Assembly (NCBI RefSeq): GCF_046119375.1
Contig: NW_027362764.1
Location: 422,964,001-423,028,000 of the forward strand
DNA length: 64,000 bases
Direction of reading: 5' to 3'
Source of the DNA: Phyllobates terribilis
Taxonomy: Eukaryota
Made by a program: the position numbers and the translations under genes. This document shows positions 42,880 through 54,153 of this stretch, in pieces. The first letter of the stretch is position 1; each line of letters begins with the position of its first letter. The notes under the pieces were generated by a model. The model did no database searches. It saw nothing but the letters and a program-made list of their open reading frames with translations, and had not been told where the DNA came from.

Positions 42880-43365
42880 CAGTGGGAAGAATAAGTATTT
42901 GATACACTGCCGATTTTGCAAGTTTTCCCACCTCAAAGAATGGAGAGGTCTGAAATTTTGTCCCTGGTGTCCTTAGACAGCTGTTTGGTCTTGGCAATGG
43001 TATAGAGGTTGTAGTGTGATTGATTAAATGTATGAAAAGGTGTCTTTTATACAGGTAACGAGTTCAAACAGGTGCAATTAATACAGGTAATGGGTGCAGA
43101 GTAGGAGGGCTTCTTAAAGAACAACTAACAGATCTGTGAGAGACAGAATTCTTGCTCGTTGGTAGGTGATCACATACTAATTTCATGCAATAAAATGCAA
43201 TTTAATTATTTAAAAATCATACTATGTGATTTTCTGTTTTTTATTTTTAGATTCTGTCTCTCACAGTTGAAGTGTACCTACGATAAATATTTCAGACCTC
43301 TCCATTCTCTGTAGGTGGGAAAACTTGCAAAATCAGCAGTGTAACAAATACTTATATTCTCCACT
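42880..43365. mobile_element. Non-autonomous Tc1-like element
   Basis: cagtgggaagaataagtatttgatacactgc ... gcagtgtaacaaatacttatattctccactg-TA. Confidence 0.75.
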
Positions 43366-43373
43366 GTATGTGA

Positions 43374-43637
<264 letters not shown>

Positions 43638-44468
43638 TAAGTTTCTCCATCACATAACTGCCTGGAAAGCCATGACCTTGAGTACTGGATTACACTAGTT
43701 ACTGCCAGCCTGTGTTCACTGTAATGTAAAGAATTTGCCTGTACTTTAATATATCATAAGTTGTAACCAGTTACACAACATAAAGTTAATATTTAAGTGG
43801 CAAAGAATGTTGGCCACTTAATTATACTTTAGATTTTTTTTCTGCAGTTAGACTGCTCCAGTCATATATTCTAAATCATGGCTTTTCAGTCTTTTTCTAT
43901 TGCAGTCTCAACAGGTAGGGCATGAAGCCTGCGCCTTACCATTGTCGAGATCAGTGTCAATTTTTTCAAAAATATCCTTACTTAATCTTAAAGTTTGTTT
44001 CCTGAGCCCAAAAGACCAATAAAACTAGCACGAAAATAGCCAGTTATGTTCCCAAACCATAGATTAATGGAACTATAGATAATCTATATCTTCTGGGGCA
44101 CCTTTTAATCATACTTCGAGAGCGATATCATCAGTAGTCATTGTAGTAGTCCTAATGCTAACCTCATAGAAGTTGTTGCGTAGCTCTCCTCTACTATGGA
44201 GTGTGAGACTTAGCTGCACATGCTCCATAGCTGCTCTCTATCCACATCAGTAGGCAGAACGTTGCATGGTTGTGCGCTATTAGCCGGTGTTCCATGTCGC
44301 TTCCTGTGCTGATCTTTATCATTAGTGATAAGTGCAGTAAGAGTACCCTATTACTGATCACTTTGAAGGCATGGATGGCATCTCTGCCAAAATTCTGCCA
44401 CTCTGTAGTCGGTGTTCATTTTTAACCAAGGATGTGTACTCCTACATAAAGCATGAGATATTGACTTA

Positions 44469-46038
44469 CAGTCATGGCCAAAAGTTTTGAGAATGACACC
44501 AAAATTATATTTTCACATGATCTGCTGGCCTCTGGTTTTTATTAGTGTTTGTCTGATGTTTATATCACATACAGAAATATAATTGCAATCATATTATGAG
44601 TACCAATAGGTTATATTGACAGTTAGAATGAGTTAATGAAGCAAGTCAATATTTGCAGTGTTGCCCCTTCTTCTTTAAGACCTCTGTAATTCTCCCTGGC
44701 ATGCTCTCAATCAACTTTTGGACCAAATCCTGACTGATAGCAGTCCATTCTTGCATAATCAATGCTTGCATTTTGCCAGAATTTGTTGGTTTTTGTTTGT
44801 CCACCCGTCTCTTGATGATTGACCACAAGTTCTCAATGGGATTAAGATCTGGGGAGTTTCCAGGCCATGGACCCAAAATCTCTATGTTTTGTTCCATGAG
44901 CCATTTAGTTATCACCTTTGCTTTATGGCAAGGTGCTCCATCATGCTGGAAAAGGCATTGTTGGGCGCCAAACTGCTCTTGGACAGTTGGGAGAAGTTGC
45001 TCTTGGAGGACATTCTGGTACCATTCTTTATTCATGGCTGTGTTTTTAGGCAAGACTGTGAGTGAGCCGATTCCCTTGGCTGAGAAGCAACCCCACACAT
45101 GAATGGTTTCAGGATGCTTTACAGTTGGCATGAGACAAGACTGGTGGTAGCGCTCACCTCTTCTTCTCCAAATAAGCTGTTTTCCAGATTTCCCAAACAA
45201 TCGAAAAGGGGATTCATCAGAAAAAATGACTTTGCCCCAGTCCTCAGCAGTCCACTCCCTGTACCTTTTGCAGAATATCAGTCGGTCCCTGATGTTTTTT
45301 CTGGAGAGAAGTGGCTTCTTTGCTGCCCTCCTTGAAACCAGCCCTTGCTCAAAGAGTCTCCGCCTCACAGTGCGTGCAGAAGCACTCACACCAGCCTGCT
45401 GCCATTCCTGAGCAAGCTCGGCACTGCTGGTAGTCGGATCCCGCAGCTGAAACAGTTTTAAGATACGGTCCTGGCGCTTGCTGGTCTTTCTTGGGCGCCC
45501 TGGAGCCTTTTTGACAACAATGGAAGCTCTCTCCTTGAAGTTCTTGATGATGCGATAGATTGTTGACTGAGGTGCAATCTTTGTAGCTGCGATACTCTTC
45601 CTTGTTAGGCCATTTTTGTGCAGTGCAATGATGGCTGCACGTGTTTCTTTAGAGATAACCATGGTTAACTGAAGAGAAACAATGATACCAAGAACCAGCC
45701 TCCTTTTAAAGTGTCCAGTGATGTCATTCTTACTTAATCATGACTGATTGATCGCCAGCCCTGTCCTCATCAACACCCACACCTGTGTTAATGGATCAAT
45801 CACTAAAACGATGTTAGCTGCTCCTTTTAAGGCAGGACTGCAATGATGTTGAAATGTGTTTTGGGGGTTAAAGTTCATTTTCTGGGCAAATATTGACTTT
45901 GCAAGTACAGTAATTGCTGTTAAGCTGATCACTCTTTGACATTCAGGAGTATATGCAAATTGCCATTACAAAAAATGAAGCAGTAAACTTTGGAAAAATT
46001 ACTATTTGTCTCATTCTCAATACTTTTGGCCATGACTA
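44469..46038 (-). mobile_element. Tc1-superfamily transposon, DD35E (Traveler-type), full length
   Basis: TA flanks; TIRs of about 27 bp (agtcatggccaaaagt.ttgagaatga); the right terminal base deviates. Confidence 0.95.
44646..45662 (-). CDS. Intact 338-aa Tc1-family transposase (DD35E)
   Basis: Uninterrupted ATG-to-stop ORF; GRPRK; FSDESPF, QHDGAPCH and SPDLNPIE with 35 residues between D and E. Confidence 0.93.
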   Translation of the reverse strand: MVISKETRAAIIALHKNGLTRKSIAATKIAPQSTIYRIIKNFKERASIVVKKAPGRPRKTSKRQDRILKLFQLRDPTTSSAELAQEWQQAGVSASARTVRRRLFEQGLVSRRAAKKPLLSRKNIRDRLIFCKRYREWTAEDWGKVIFSDESPFRLFGKSGKQLIWRRRGERYHQSCLMPTVKHPETIHVWGCFSAKGIGSLTVLPKNTAMNKEWYQNVLQEQLLPTVQEQFGAQQCLFQHDGAPCHKAKVITKWLMEQNIEILGPWPGNSPDLNPIENLWSIIKRRVDKQKPTNSGKMQALIMQEWTAISQDLVQKLIESMPGRITEVLKKKGQHCKY

Positions 46039-46239
46039 TACATGGTAGCCTTTTAAATATTACCCGAGAGACAGCTTTTGTAGTAGGAGAGCTATCTGTA
46101 CATCCTAGGGAGAATTGTCTGAAGTCTATCACACTTTTCTCTGACTCTGCACAACTAGAGTCTGTATTCCAGAGGTAAACTCTACATCCTTGCTAATGGG
46201 AAGGTGCCACTTATGCAGATCATATATTTACTCTGCTGG

Positions 46240-46998
46240 TGTGGATAGGCCTGGCCACAGCTAGACTCCAGGTGCTACGCCAGGGCAGTTCCCGGGACTG
46301 CGGCAGCTGAGCGGAGGCTCAGAGATACGGGTACGCGGTACGGGGAGGGGTGAGACAGAGGCGAAGTCAGACGGTCCAAGGTCGGGGTATGCAGCACAGG
46401 ATCAGAAAACGTAACAGAGGTTAGGAGCGGAGAGGTCAGGCAGGACGGATAAACAGGCCGGGTCATTAACGGGAAGCTGGATACAGAAGGTTGCATGCAC
46501 ATAGACCAGTGTTCCCCAACTCCGGTCCTCAAGAGCCACCAACAGATCATGTTTTCAGGATTTCCTTAGTATTGCCCAAGTGATGGAAATATTGCCTGGG
46601 CATTTAATGCAATTATCACCTGGGCAATACTAATGAAATCCTGAAAACATGACCTGTTGGTGGCTCTTGAGGACCGGAGTTAGGGAACACTGACCTAGAC
46701 TAACAGAGCAGAAACCACTTTTGAGCAAGGGGTGGAGATAGGAGCTGCCTTAAATAGAACCTGCTTGCATGGGATAAGCCGGGGAAACAAATATTTGCGG
46801 GACACAGCAGGGTTAAATTCCTGCATAGACTTTTAATGCCCCCCTAATGCCAGATGGAATCACCATGATTTAGTAGCAGTGCAAAGGAGTGCAGCAGGAA
46901 ACAAACCTCAGCAAACCGACCTGATGTGAGGAGACGCTGCACGGTGACCATGGTGAGTAGGGCTGCGCTGAGGAGGCACTCAAGTTACCGCTGTGACA
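46240..46998 (-). mobile_element. Probable solo LTR interrupted by a hAT MITE
   Basis: TG...CA ends (tgtggat / tgtgaca) and LTR-like composition; no TSD found. Confidence 0.45.
46507..46692. mobile_element. hAT-type palindromic MITE (186 bp)
   Basis: TIR cagtgttccc(c)aactccggtcctcaagagccaccaacag; 8-bp TSD acatagac/acctagac. Confidence 0.9.
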
Positions 46999-48514
46999 CA
47001 TTCATTAACCGAAACAAGAAAAACTGCTTTAAAAAACAATAACTGCAGAGTCATTGTAATCTATATGAATTCCTACTATATTAATTTTACTCCTAGCTAT
47101 ATCTGCTTTCTCGTATCAATTAGTAGTTGCTCTCATTAGATATAAAACGTGTCTGCAGGACACACATCTTGATGAACCACTGCTATTTAAGGAAAAATGA
47201 CTACGCTCACGAGGAAATGAGCAATGGCGCCACTAGAAAGCCACAGACTCTTTACATTCTTGTGTGTAACATCATAATGGGCATGTAGTAAATTAGCCAC
47301 TGACAGTACACCACACAACATTTTATCAAGGTGGAGATGATAACGTCCAATCAGCAAGTTCGTTATAGTGTGTGCTGGAGTGACATCCGGCTTCACCTAT
47401 CCTCATTAGACACGTACTGCTTCTGGCTCTCGTTGCTTGGGTCGCATCACTGACCCTAGCACATGCATACTGACTTCAATCCAAAATATGATGCATCTCG
47501 ACAATCTTCCCAGTATCCATCTTACTTGATGTTGGACTTTGTCTCCAGATGAATGATGAGTTTACATGTGTTAGCTATTAATTCATTATTAATGGGTGAA
47601 TGCGGTTTTGGTACTGGTTCTTCTTCTTTGGAACATTATTATTGATAGATAAGAAGCACTGCATTCAGGGAACACCACAAGACCTGCAGATTTGGTCTGT
47701 TAACTCATTTAGCCATCAAATTGGCCCAAATCTTTATATATGCCCATTTTTCCTACTTCTACCACATTAATTTAAAAAAATTAACTGTTCAATTGCTGCA
47801 TAATATTCCACCTTTTGACAGCTACAGTTGTCACAAAATAATCAGTGCATTCTTTCAACTTTAAAACTATGAATTACAAGTCTATGAAGTACAACTTATA
47901 CCCTAACATGTTGATCCAAAGGAAAGCAAAAAACCCATGAGCCAGATGCTAATTGCCCCATGTTAGGGGAAAATTCCTTCCGGACTCCACCTATGGTGAT
48001 CAGACTATTTCTTTGGATCAGCATCTCAATGCAGACGAAAGTACTGTAATATATTTCTCAAGAAAGGCATCAGGTCCTCAGTGAACTTTTGTAGTGAATC
48101 AACCATTACAACATGTTGTGGCTGAGAGTTCCATAGTCTCACTGCTCTTACAGTTAAGAATCCGTGTCTGTGATTATGCCTTCTTTCCTTTAGATCTAGA
48201 GGATGCCCCCTTATCATTGATACAAGCCTAGGTGTAAAAAGATCAGCAGAAATATCTCTGGCCTGTCCATTCGTATTTTTGTACATTGTAATAAGATCGC
48301 CCCTAAGCTTTTGGTTTTCCAAACTGAATAACCCCAAGTTTAATAACCTGGTATTGCAGACCCCCCAGTCCCTTAATAACCTTGATCGCTCTTCTCTGCA
48401 CCCGCTCTAGTTCACCTACATCCTTAGATTACTATATATAGTTTTGGGCTCCAGTGTTTGGCCTGACGAGTGACTTATATTAAGACAAAACTATGTTCTT
48501 GTCATGAGCCTTTT

Positions 48515-49251
48515 TTAAAGGGAATCTGTCGCTACTAGTGATGATCGAGCATGCTCGTTGCTTGAGATTTCCGAGCATGCTCGGACGAGCATCTATTATC
48601 TTCAGCGTGCTCGGGCATTAAGTTTTCGCTCCGTGAATATGATTTGCGACTGACAGCTTTAATACATGTGAGGAATGCCTGTTTTTCCAGCATTCCTCAC
48701 ATGTATTAAAGCTGTCAAACAGTCGCAAATCATGTTCACGGAGCGACAAAAACTTAAAGCCCGAGCACGCTGAAGATAATAGGTGCTCGCCCGAGCATGC
48801 TCATAAATCTCGAGAACTAGTCTCTACGTTTTTGGTACCTAATCTGAGAACAGCATGATGTAGAAGCAGAGACCCCTATTCCAGCAATGTCACTTACTGA
48901 GCTGCTTGCTGTAGTTTTATTAAAACCACAGTTTTATCAGCAGGAGAATATCACTAGAGGGCGATTGAAATTGCTTCCATGTAGTCCTCCATATTCATAA
49001 GCTCTGTCACCCTGCCCCCACCACTGGTTGGCAGGTTTCTGCCTACGCACAATGTACTCAAAAAGCGGTCAATCACTGGTGGGAGTGGGGTTATACAGAG
49101 CTCGGGATTCGGAGAACTGGTAGATCTGCAGCAGATAAAACAGAGATTTTATTAAAACTGCAGCAAGCAGCCCAGTAGGTGATACATTGCTAGAATTTAT
49201 CATGCTGCCTACAGATGAGGTAGCACAAAACTGCTGACAGGTTCCCTTTAA
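48515..49251. mobile_element. TTAA-flanked Kolobok/T2-like MITE inserted in the CR1
   Basis: TTAA-AGGGAATCTGTC ... GACAGGTTCCCT-TTAA. Confidence 0.8.
48536..48820. mobile_element. Fold-back hAT-like MITE nested in the TTAA MITE
   Basis: TAGTGATG start; inverted arms of about 100 bp. Confidence 0.7.
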
Positions 49252-50249
49252 TGCATCCCATGATTGTATTTGCCTTGGCAGCAGCTGCCTGGCACTAGTC
49301 ACTGAGGTTGAGTTTGCTATTTTCAGTGACCGTTTCACCCAGTATTTTTCTATTTACTTCATAGTTGTATATTTTGTTTCCCTGACCTAAGTGCATGACC
49401 TTAATAAGTGTTTAAACTTAGATTGCCTTTTCTTGGCCTCCAGCTTGCCAAAGTATCATTGGCAAATATTGAAATGCTACTGTTTCCTCAACATGGTCAC
49501 TAATAAATATATTAAAAATAAAGGGGCCCAACGCTGATCCCTGTGGTACCCCACTTTTAACTGTGACTGAATCCGAGTTAATTCCATTATTAACCACCCT
49601 CTATTTCCTATCACTGAGCCAGTTGTTATTCCAATTACATATATTTTCACCCAGTCCTATTCTTCTCATATTATGTACCTAACTTTTTTATTACCGGAGT
49701 TCAAATGCCATTGAAAAGTCCAGATAGACATCCTTTATGGCTTTATGGTTGTCCAGTCTGAAACTTAAGCTCCTCATAAAAGCTGATCAAATTAGTTTAA
49801 CAGGACTGATGTCTCATAATCCCATGTTGATTCTTGGTTAGAAGCTTAATTTATTGAGAAGCTCCAGAATAGCATCTCTTAGAAAATAGTCAAGATTTTG
49901 CCCACAGTGCAGGTTAAAGAGGACATTTGACTGATTTTTGCCTTATAAATTGTACATTCCTGCACATAGTAGCAGAAATGTATATAAAAGGTTTTTTCTT
50001 CCTTCACTCTTGTGGAGATACATAGCACCAAAATTAGTGGCGCCTAATGTTTTTTTTATCATTCAACAGGATATTTCATTACATTCAGCTCTTTGGGGTC
50101 GTACTTTCATCCCAAGCTGGTCCTCTGTCTTCACAAGATTCAACCTCCTGATATAGGAGGACATGGACCTTTTTTGTATTTGATAAACTCAATAAAGCAG
50201 TTAGGTGGTTCCAAACAACATATACAATAGTGTTCTTTTGAGGGTTTGC

Positions 50250-51762
50250 ATCAGTTCATCTAACGAACATGTCTACAACTGTGAACGTTTGGATTTCTTT
50301 TTATTGTGAACCAAACAAGAAATTGGACAAAATAACTGAAAACTTCAGTGTGCATAATTATTCACCCCTGTACAGTGAGTACTTTGTAGAGCCTCCTTTT
50401 GTGGCAATTACAGCTGCAAGTCACTTTAGATAAGTCTCTATGAGCTTTCCGCATCTTGCCACTGGGATTTTTGATCATTTCTCAAGGCAACACTGCTCCA
50501 GCTCCTTCAAGTTAGATGGTTTCCTCTGATGAACAACAATCTTCAAGTCTGACCACAAATTTTCAATTTTATTAAGGTCTGGGCTTTGACTAGGCCACTC
50601 CAAAATAATTATATATTTCCCCTTAAACCACTCGAGTGTCACTTTAGCAGTATGCTTTGGATCAATGTCTTGTTGGAAGGTGAACCTCTGTCCCAGTCTC
50701 AAATCATTGACAGACTGAAACAGGTTTTGCTCAAGAATATCCATGTATTTTGCACCATCCATCTTCCCCTCGACTCTGACCATTTTCTCAGCTGCCGAAA
50801 AACATCCCCACAGTATCATTCTGCCACCACCATGTTTCCCTGTGGGAATGGTGTTCTTGAGGTGATTAATTGGCTTGGCACCAGACATAGCATTTATCTC
50901 GGCACTGAAAAAGTTACATTTTGGTCTCATCTGACCATAGTAACTTCCACCATATATTTGGGGAGTCTCCCACATGCCTTTTGGCAAACTCAAAACAAGC
51001 CTTACAATTCTTGTGTGTATGTAAAGTTTTTTCTTCTGCCAACTCTTACATAAAGGCCCCCTCTATGGAGTCTGTGGCTTATTGTGGTCGTATGGACACA
51101 TACTCCAGTCTCTATTTGGGATCTCTGCAGCTCCTTCAGGGTTAGCTTTGTTCTCTGTGCTGCTTCTCTGATTAATGCCCTCCTTGCCCAGGCTGAGCGA
51201 TTTGGTGGGCGGCCTTCTATTGGCGGTTTGTTGTGGTACCATGTTCTTTCCATTTTATGATAATGCATTAAATCATCAGAGATTGGAATATTTTTTTATA
51301 ACCCAACCCTGACCTGTACTTCTCAACAACTTTGTCTGTGACTTGTTCGGAGATCTCCTTGGTTTTCATGGTGTTTGGTTAGTGGTGCCTCTTTTTTTAA
51401 TGGTGTTGCAGCCTCTGTGGCCTTTCAGAAAAGTTTTGCATATACCGACAGACCATGTGACACGTCGGAAGTCCACCTGTGTGCAATGTTTCACTAAGCA
51501 TGTGACTTATGAAGGCAATTGCTTGCATCAGAAATTTTTAGGGGCTTCATAGCAAAGGGGGTGAATACATATGCACATGCCAATTTTTAGTTTTTTTAAG
51601 CCATAAATTTAATTTATACCTATATTTTTATCACTTCACCGACTTAGACTATTTAGTGCTGATGCCTCACACACAAATCGGATTACAAAAATATTTAAAC
51701 ACCGGTTGTAATGTAACAAAATAGGCAAAGAACCAAGGTGGGGATACTTTTGCAAGCCACTG
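50250..51762 (-). mobile_element. Degraded Tc1-like transposon (DD34E, Passport-like)
   Basis: Right end ttttgcaagccactg-TA; FQQDIDPKH and SPDLNKIE with 34-residue spacing; left end eroded. Confidence 0.85.
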
Positions 51763-52415
51763 TAGAAATTCCTGTCATACCAATAGGTCTTTTAAGTTGA
51801 ATATCACCTTCCAAAGCTCATGGACCACCAGTGACCCTATTATGCCCTTTTACTGGCCTCTTCCTGACTACATGCTTGATGTATTAGCTCTTTTCAGAAA
51901 CAAAAATAATTATACTGATTATCTGGGAATTGAGCAAATGATCTGCTAGAGGATTTCTGCAAGAAGAGGGTTAATCTCAATGTGTGCATCTGTTATGCAT
52001 TTACTAAAATCGTACTCTTCAATTGTGTCATTGTGGTCAACAAACATTGAACATTGTTCATGAAGCCCTATGGACTATTTGATATGGAACAAGGTGAACA
52101 CACAGAATTGAACACTTGTGTAGACTATGAGAACATTAAATAGCCCATAGGAAGGTTTGGTAGCTCATTGAGGAACTTATTTATTTAGCTGGTAGGAAAA
52201 AGGGACATGGAGGTAACTGTACACATTACTGGGATGACAAAGAAAAGAGAAGATTTCAAGTTAGTTCTTTATTACAAGAACAATTCACCTACTTGTTCTG
52301 AAGTTGTGCTACATGTAAAAAGATGCTGAATTCTACAAGTGTTACACACATTGATATTGATTGCTTCACCTTAATGGTACCGTTGTCCAATGTGTTTTAT
52401 AACAGATTACATGTA

Positions 52416-54046
52416 CAGTGGGTACGGAAAGTATTCAGACCCCTTTAAATTTTTCACTCTTTGTTTCATTGCAGCCATTTGGTAAATTCTAAAAAGTTAA
52501 TTTTTTTTCTCATTAAAGTGCACTCTTCACCCCATCTTAACTGGAAAAAAAACCAGAAATGTAGAAATTTTTGCAAATTTATTAAAAAAGAAAAACTGAA
52601 ATATCACATGGTCATAAATATTCAGACCCTTTGCTCAGTATTGAGTTGAAGCACCCTTTTGAGCTAGTACAGCCATGAGTCTTCTTGGGAATGATGCAAC
52701 AAGTTTTTCACACCTGGATTTGGGGATCCTCTGCCATTCTTCCTTGCAGATCCTCTCCAGTTCCGTCAGGTTGGATGGTGAATATTGGTGGACAGCCATT
52801 TTCAGGTCTCTCCAGAGATGCTCAATTTCGTTTAGGTAAGGGCTCTGGCTGGACCAGTCGAGAATGGTCACAGAGTTGTCCTGAAGCCACTCCTTTGTTA
52901 TTTTAGCTGTGTGCTTAGGGTCATTGTCTTGTTGGAAGGTAAATCTTCGGCCAAGTCTGAGGTCCAGAGCACTCTGGAAGAGGTTTTCATCCAGGATCTC
53001 TCTGTACTTGGCCACATTCATGTTTCCTTCAATTGCAACCAGTTGTCCTGTCCCTGCAGCTGAAAAACACCCCCATAGCATGATGCTGCCACCACCATGT
53101 TTCACTGTTAGTATTGTATTGGGCAGGTGATGAGCAGTGCCTGGTTTTCTCGACACATACCGCTTAGAATTATCACCAAAAAGTTATATATTCATCTCAT
53201 CAGACCAAAGAATATTATTTCTCATAGTCTGGGAGTCCTTCATGTGTTTTTGAGCAAACTCTATACGGGCTTTCATATGTCTTTCACTGAGGAGAGGCTT
53301 CCGTTGGGCCACTCTGCCATAAAGGCCCAACTGGTGGAGGGCTGCAGCGATAGTTGACTTTGTGGAACTTTCTCCCATCTCCCTACTGCATCTCTGGAGC
53401 TCAGTCACAGTGATCTTGGGGTTCTTCTTTACCTCTCTCACCAAGGCTCTTCTCCCACGATTGTTCAGTTTGGCTGGACAGCCAGGTCTAGGAAGACTTC
53501 TGGTGGTCCCAAACTTCTTCCATTTAAGGATTATGGGGGCCACTGTGCTCTTAGGAACCTTGAGTAATGCAGAAATTCTTGTGTAACCTTGGCCAGATCT
53601 GTGCCTTGCCACAATTCTGTCTCTGAGCTCCTTGGGCAGTTCCTTTGAGCTCATGATTCTCATTTGGTCTGACATGCGCTGTGAGCTGTGAGGTCTTATA
53701 TAGACAGGTGTGTGCCTTTCCAAATCAAGTCCTATCAATTTAATTAGCTGGACTCCAATGAAAGGAGTAGAACCATCTCAAGGAGGATCACAGGGAAATG
53801 GACAGCATGTGACTTAAATATGAGTGTCTGAGCAAAGGGTCTGAATACTTATGACCATGTGATATTTTAGTTTTTATTTTGTAATACATTTGCAAAAATG
53901 TCTACATTTCTGTTTTTTTTCAGTCAAGATGGGGTGCAGGGTGTACTTTAATGAGAGAAAAAAAAATAACTTTAGAATTTACCAAATGACTGCAATGAAA
54001 CAGAGTGAAAAATGTAAAGGGGTCTGAATACTTTACGTACCCACTG
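52416..54046 (-). mobile_element. Tc1-like transposon (DD34E) with long TIRs, frameshifted
   Basis: TA-cagtgggtacggaaagtattcagacccc TIRs; ORFs 53184-53738 and 52635-53156. Confidence 0.95.
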
Positions 54047-54153
54047 TATATTTGTATTGATGTATATAAAATGCATACTGACAAGCTGTGTGACCATCCA
54101 TGCTTATAAAATATGTGCAGGTGCTGAGTTGGTAATACATAATGGGGCTTTAA

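Larger units (their letters stand above)
47880..49915 (-). mobile_element. 5'-truncated, degraded CR1 LINE (RT plus 3' end), split by nested MITEs
   Basis: ORF 48026-48337 GLFSLE..LRGDLITMYK..RAVRLWN (CR1 ORF2 C-terminus); RT motif near 49510-49550 ([10 protein letters not shown]). Confidence 0.85.

Noticed and set aside
42850-42890. Minus-strand CTGATGA...GAAA hammerhead-like motif
   Set aside because: No stem II can form between the motifs, and the sequence sits at a Tc1 TIR.
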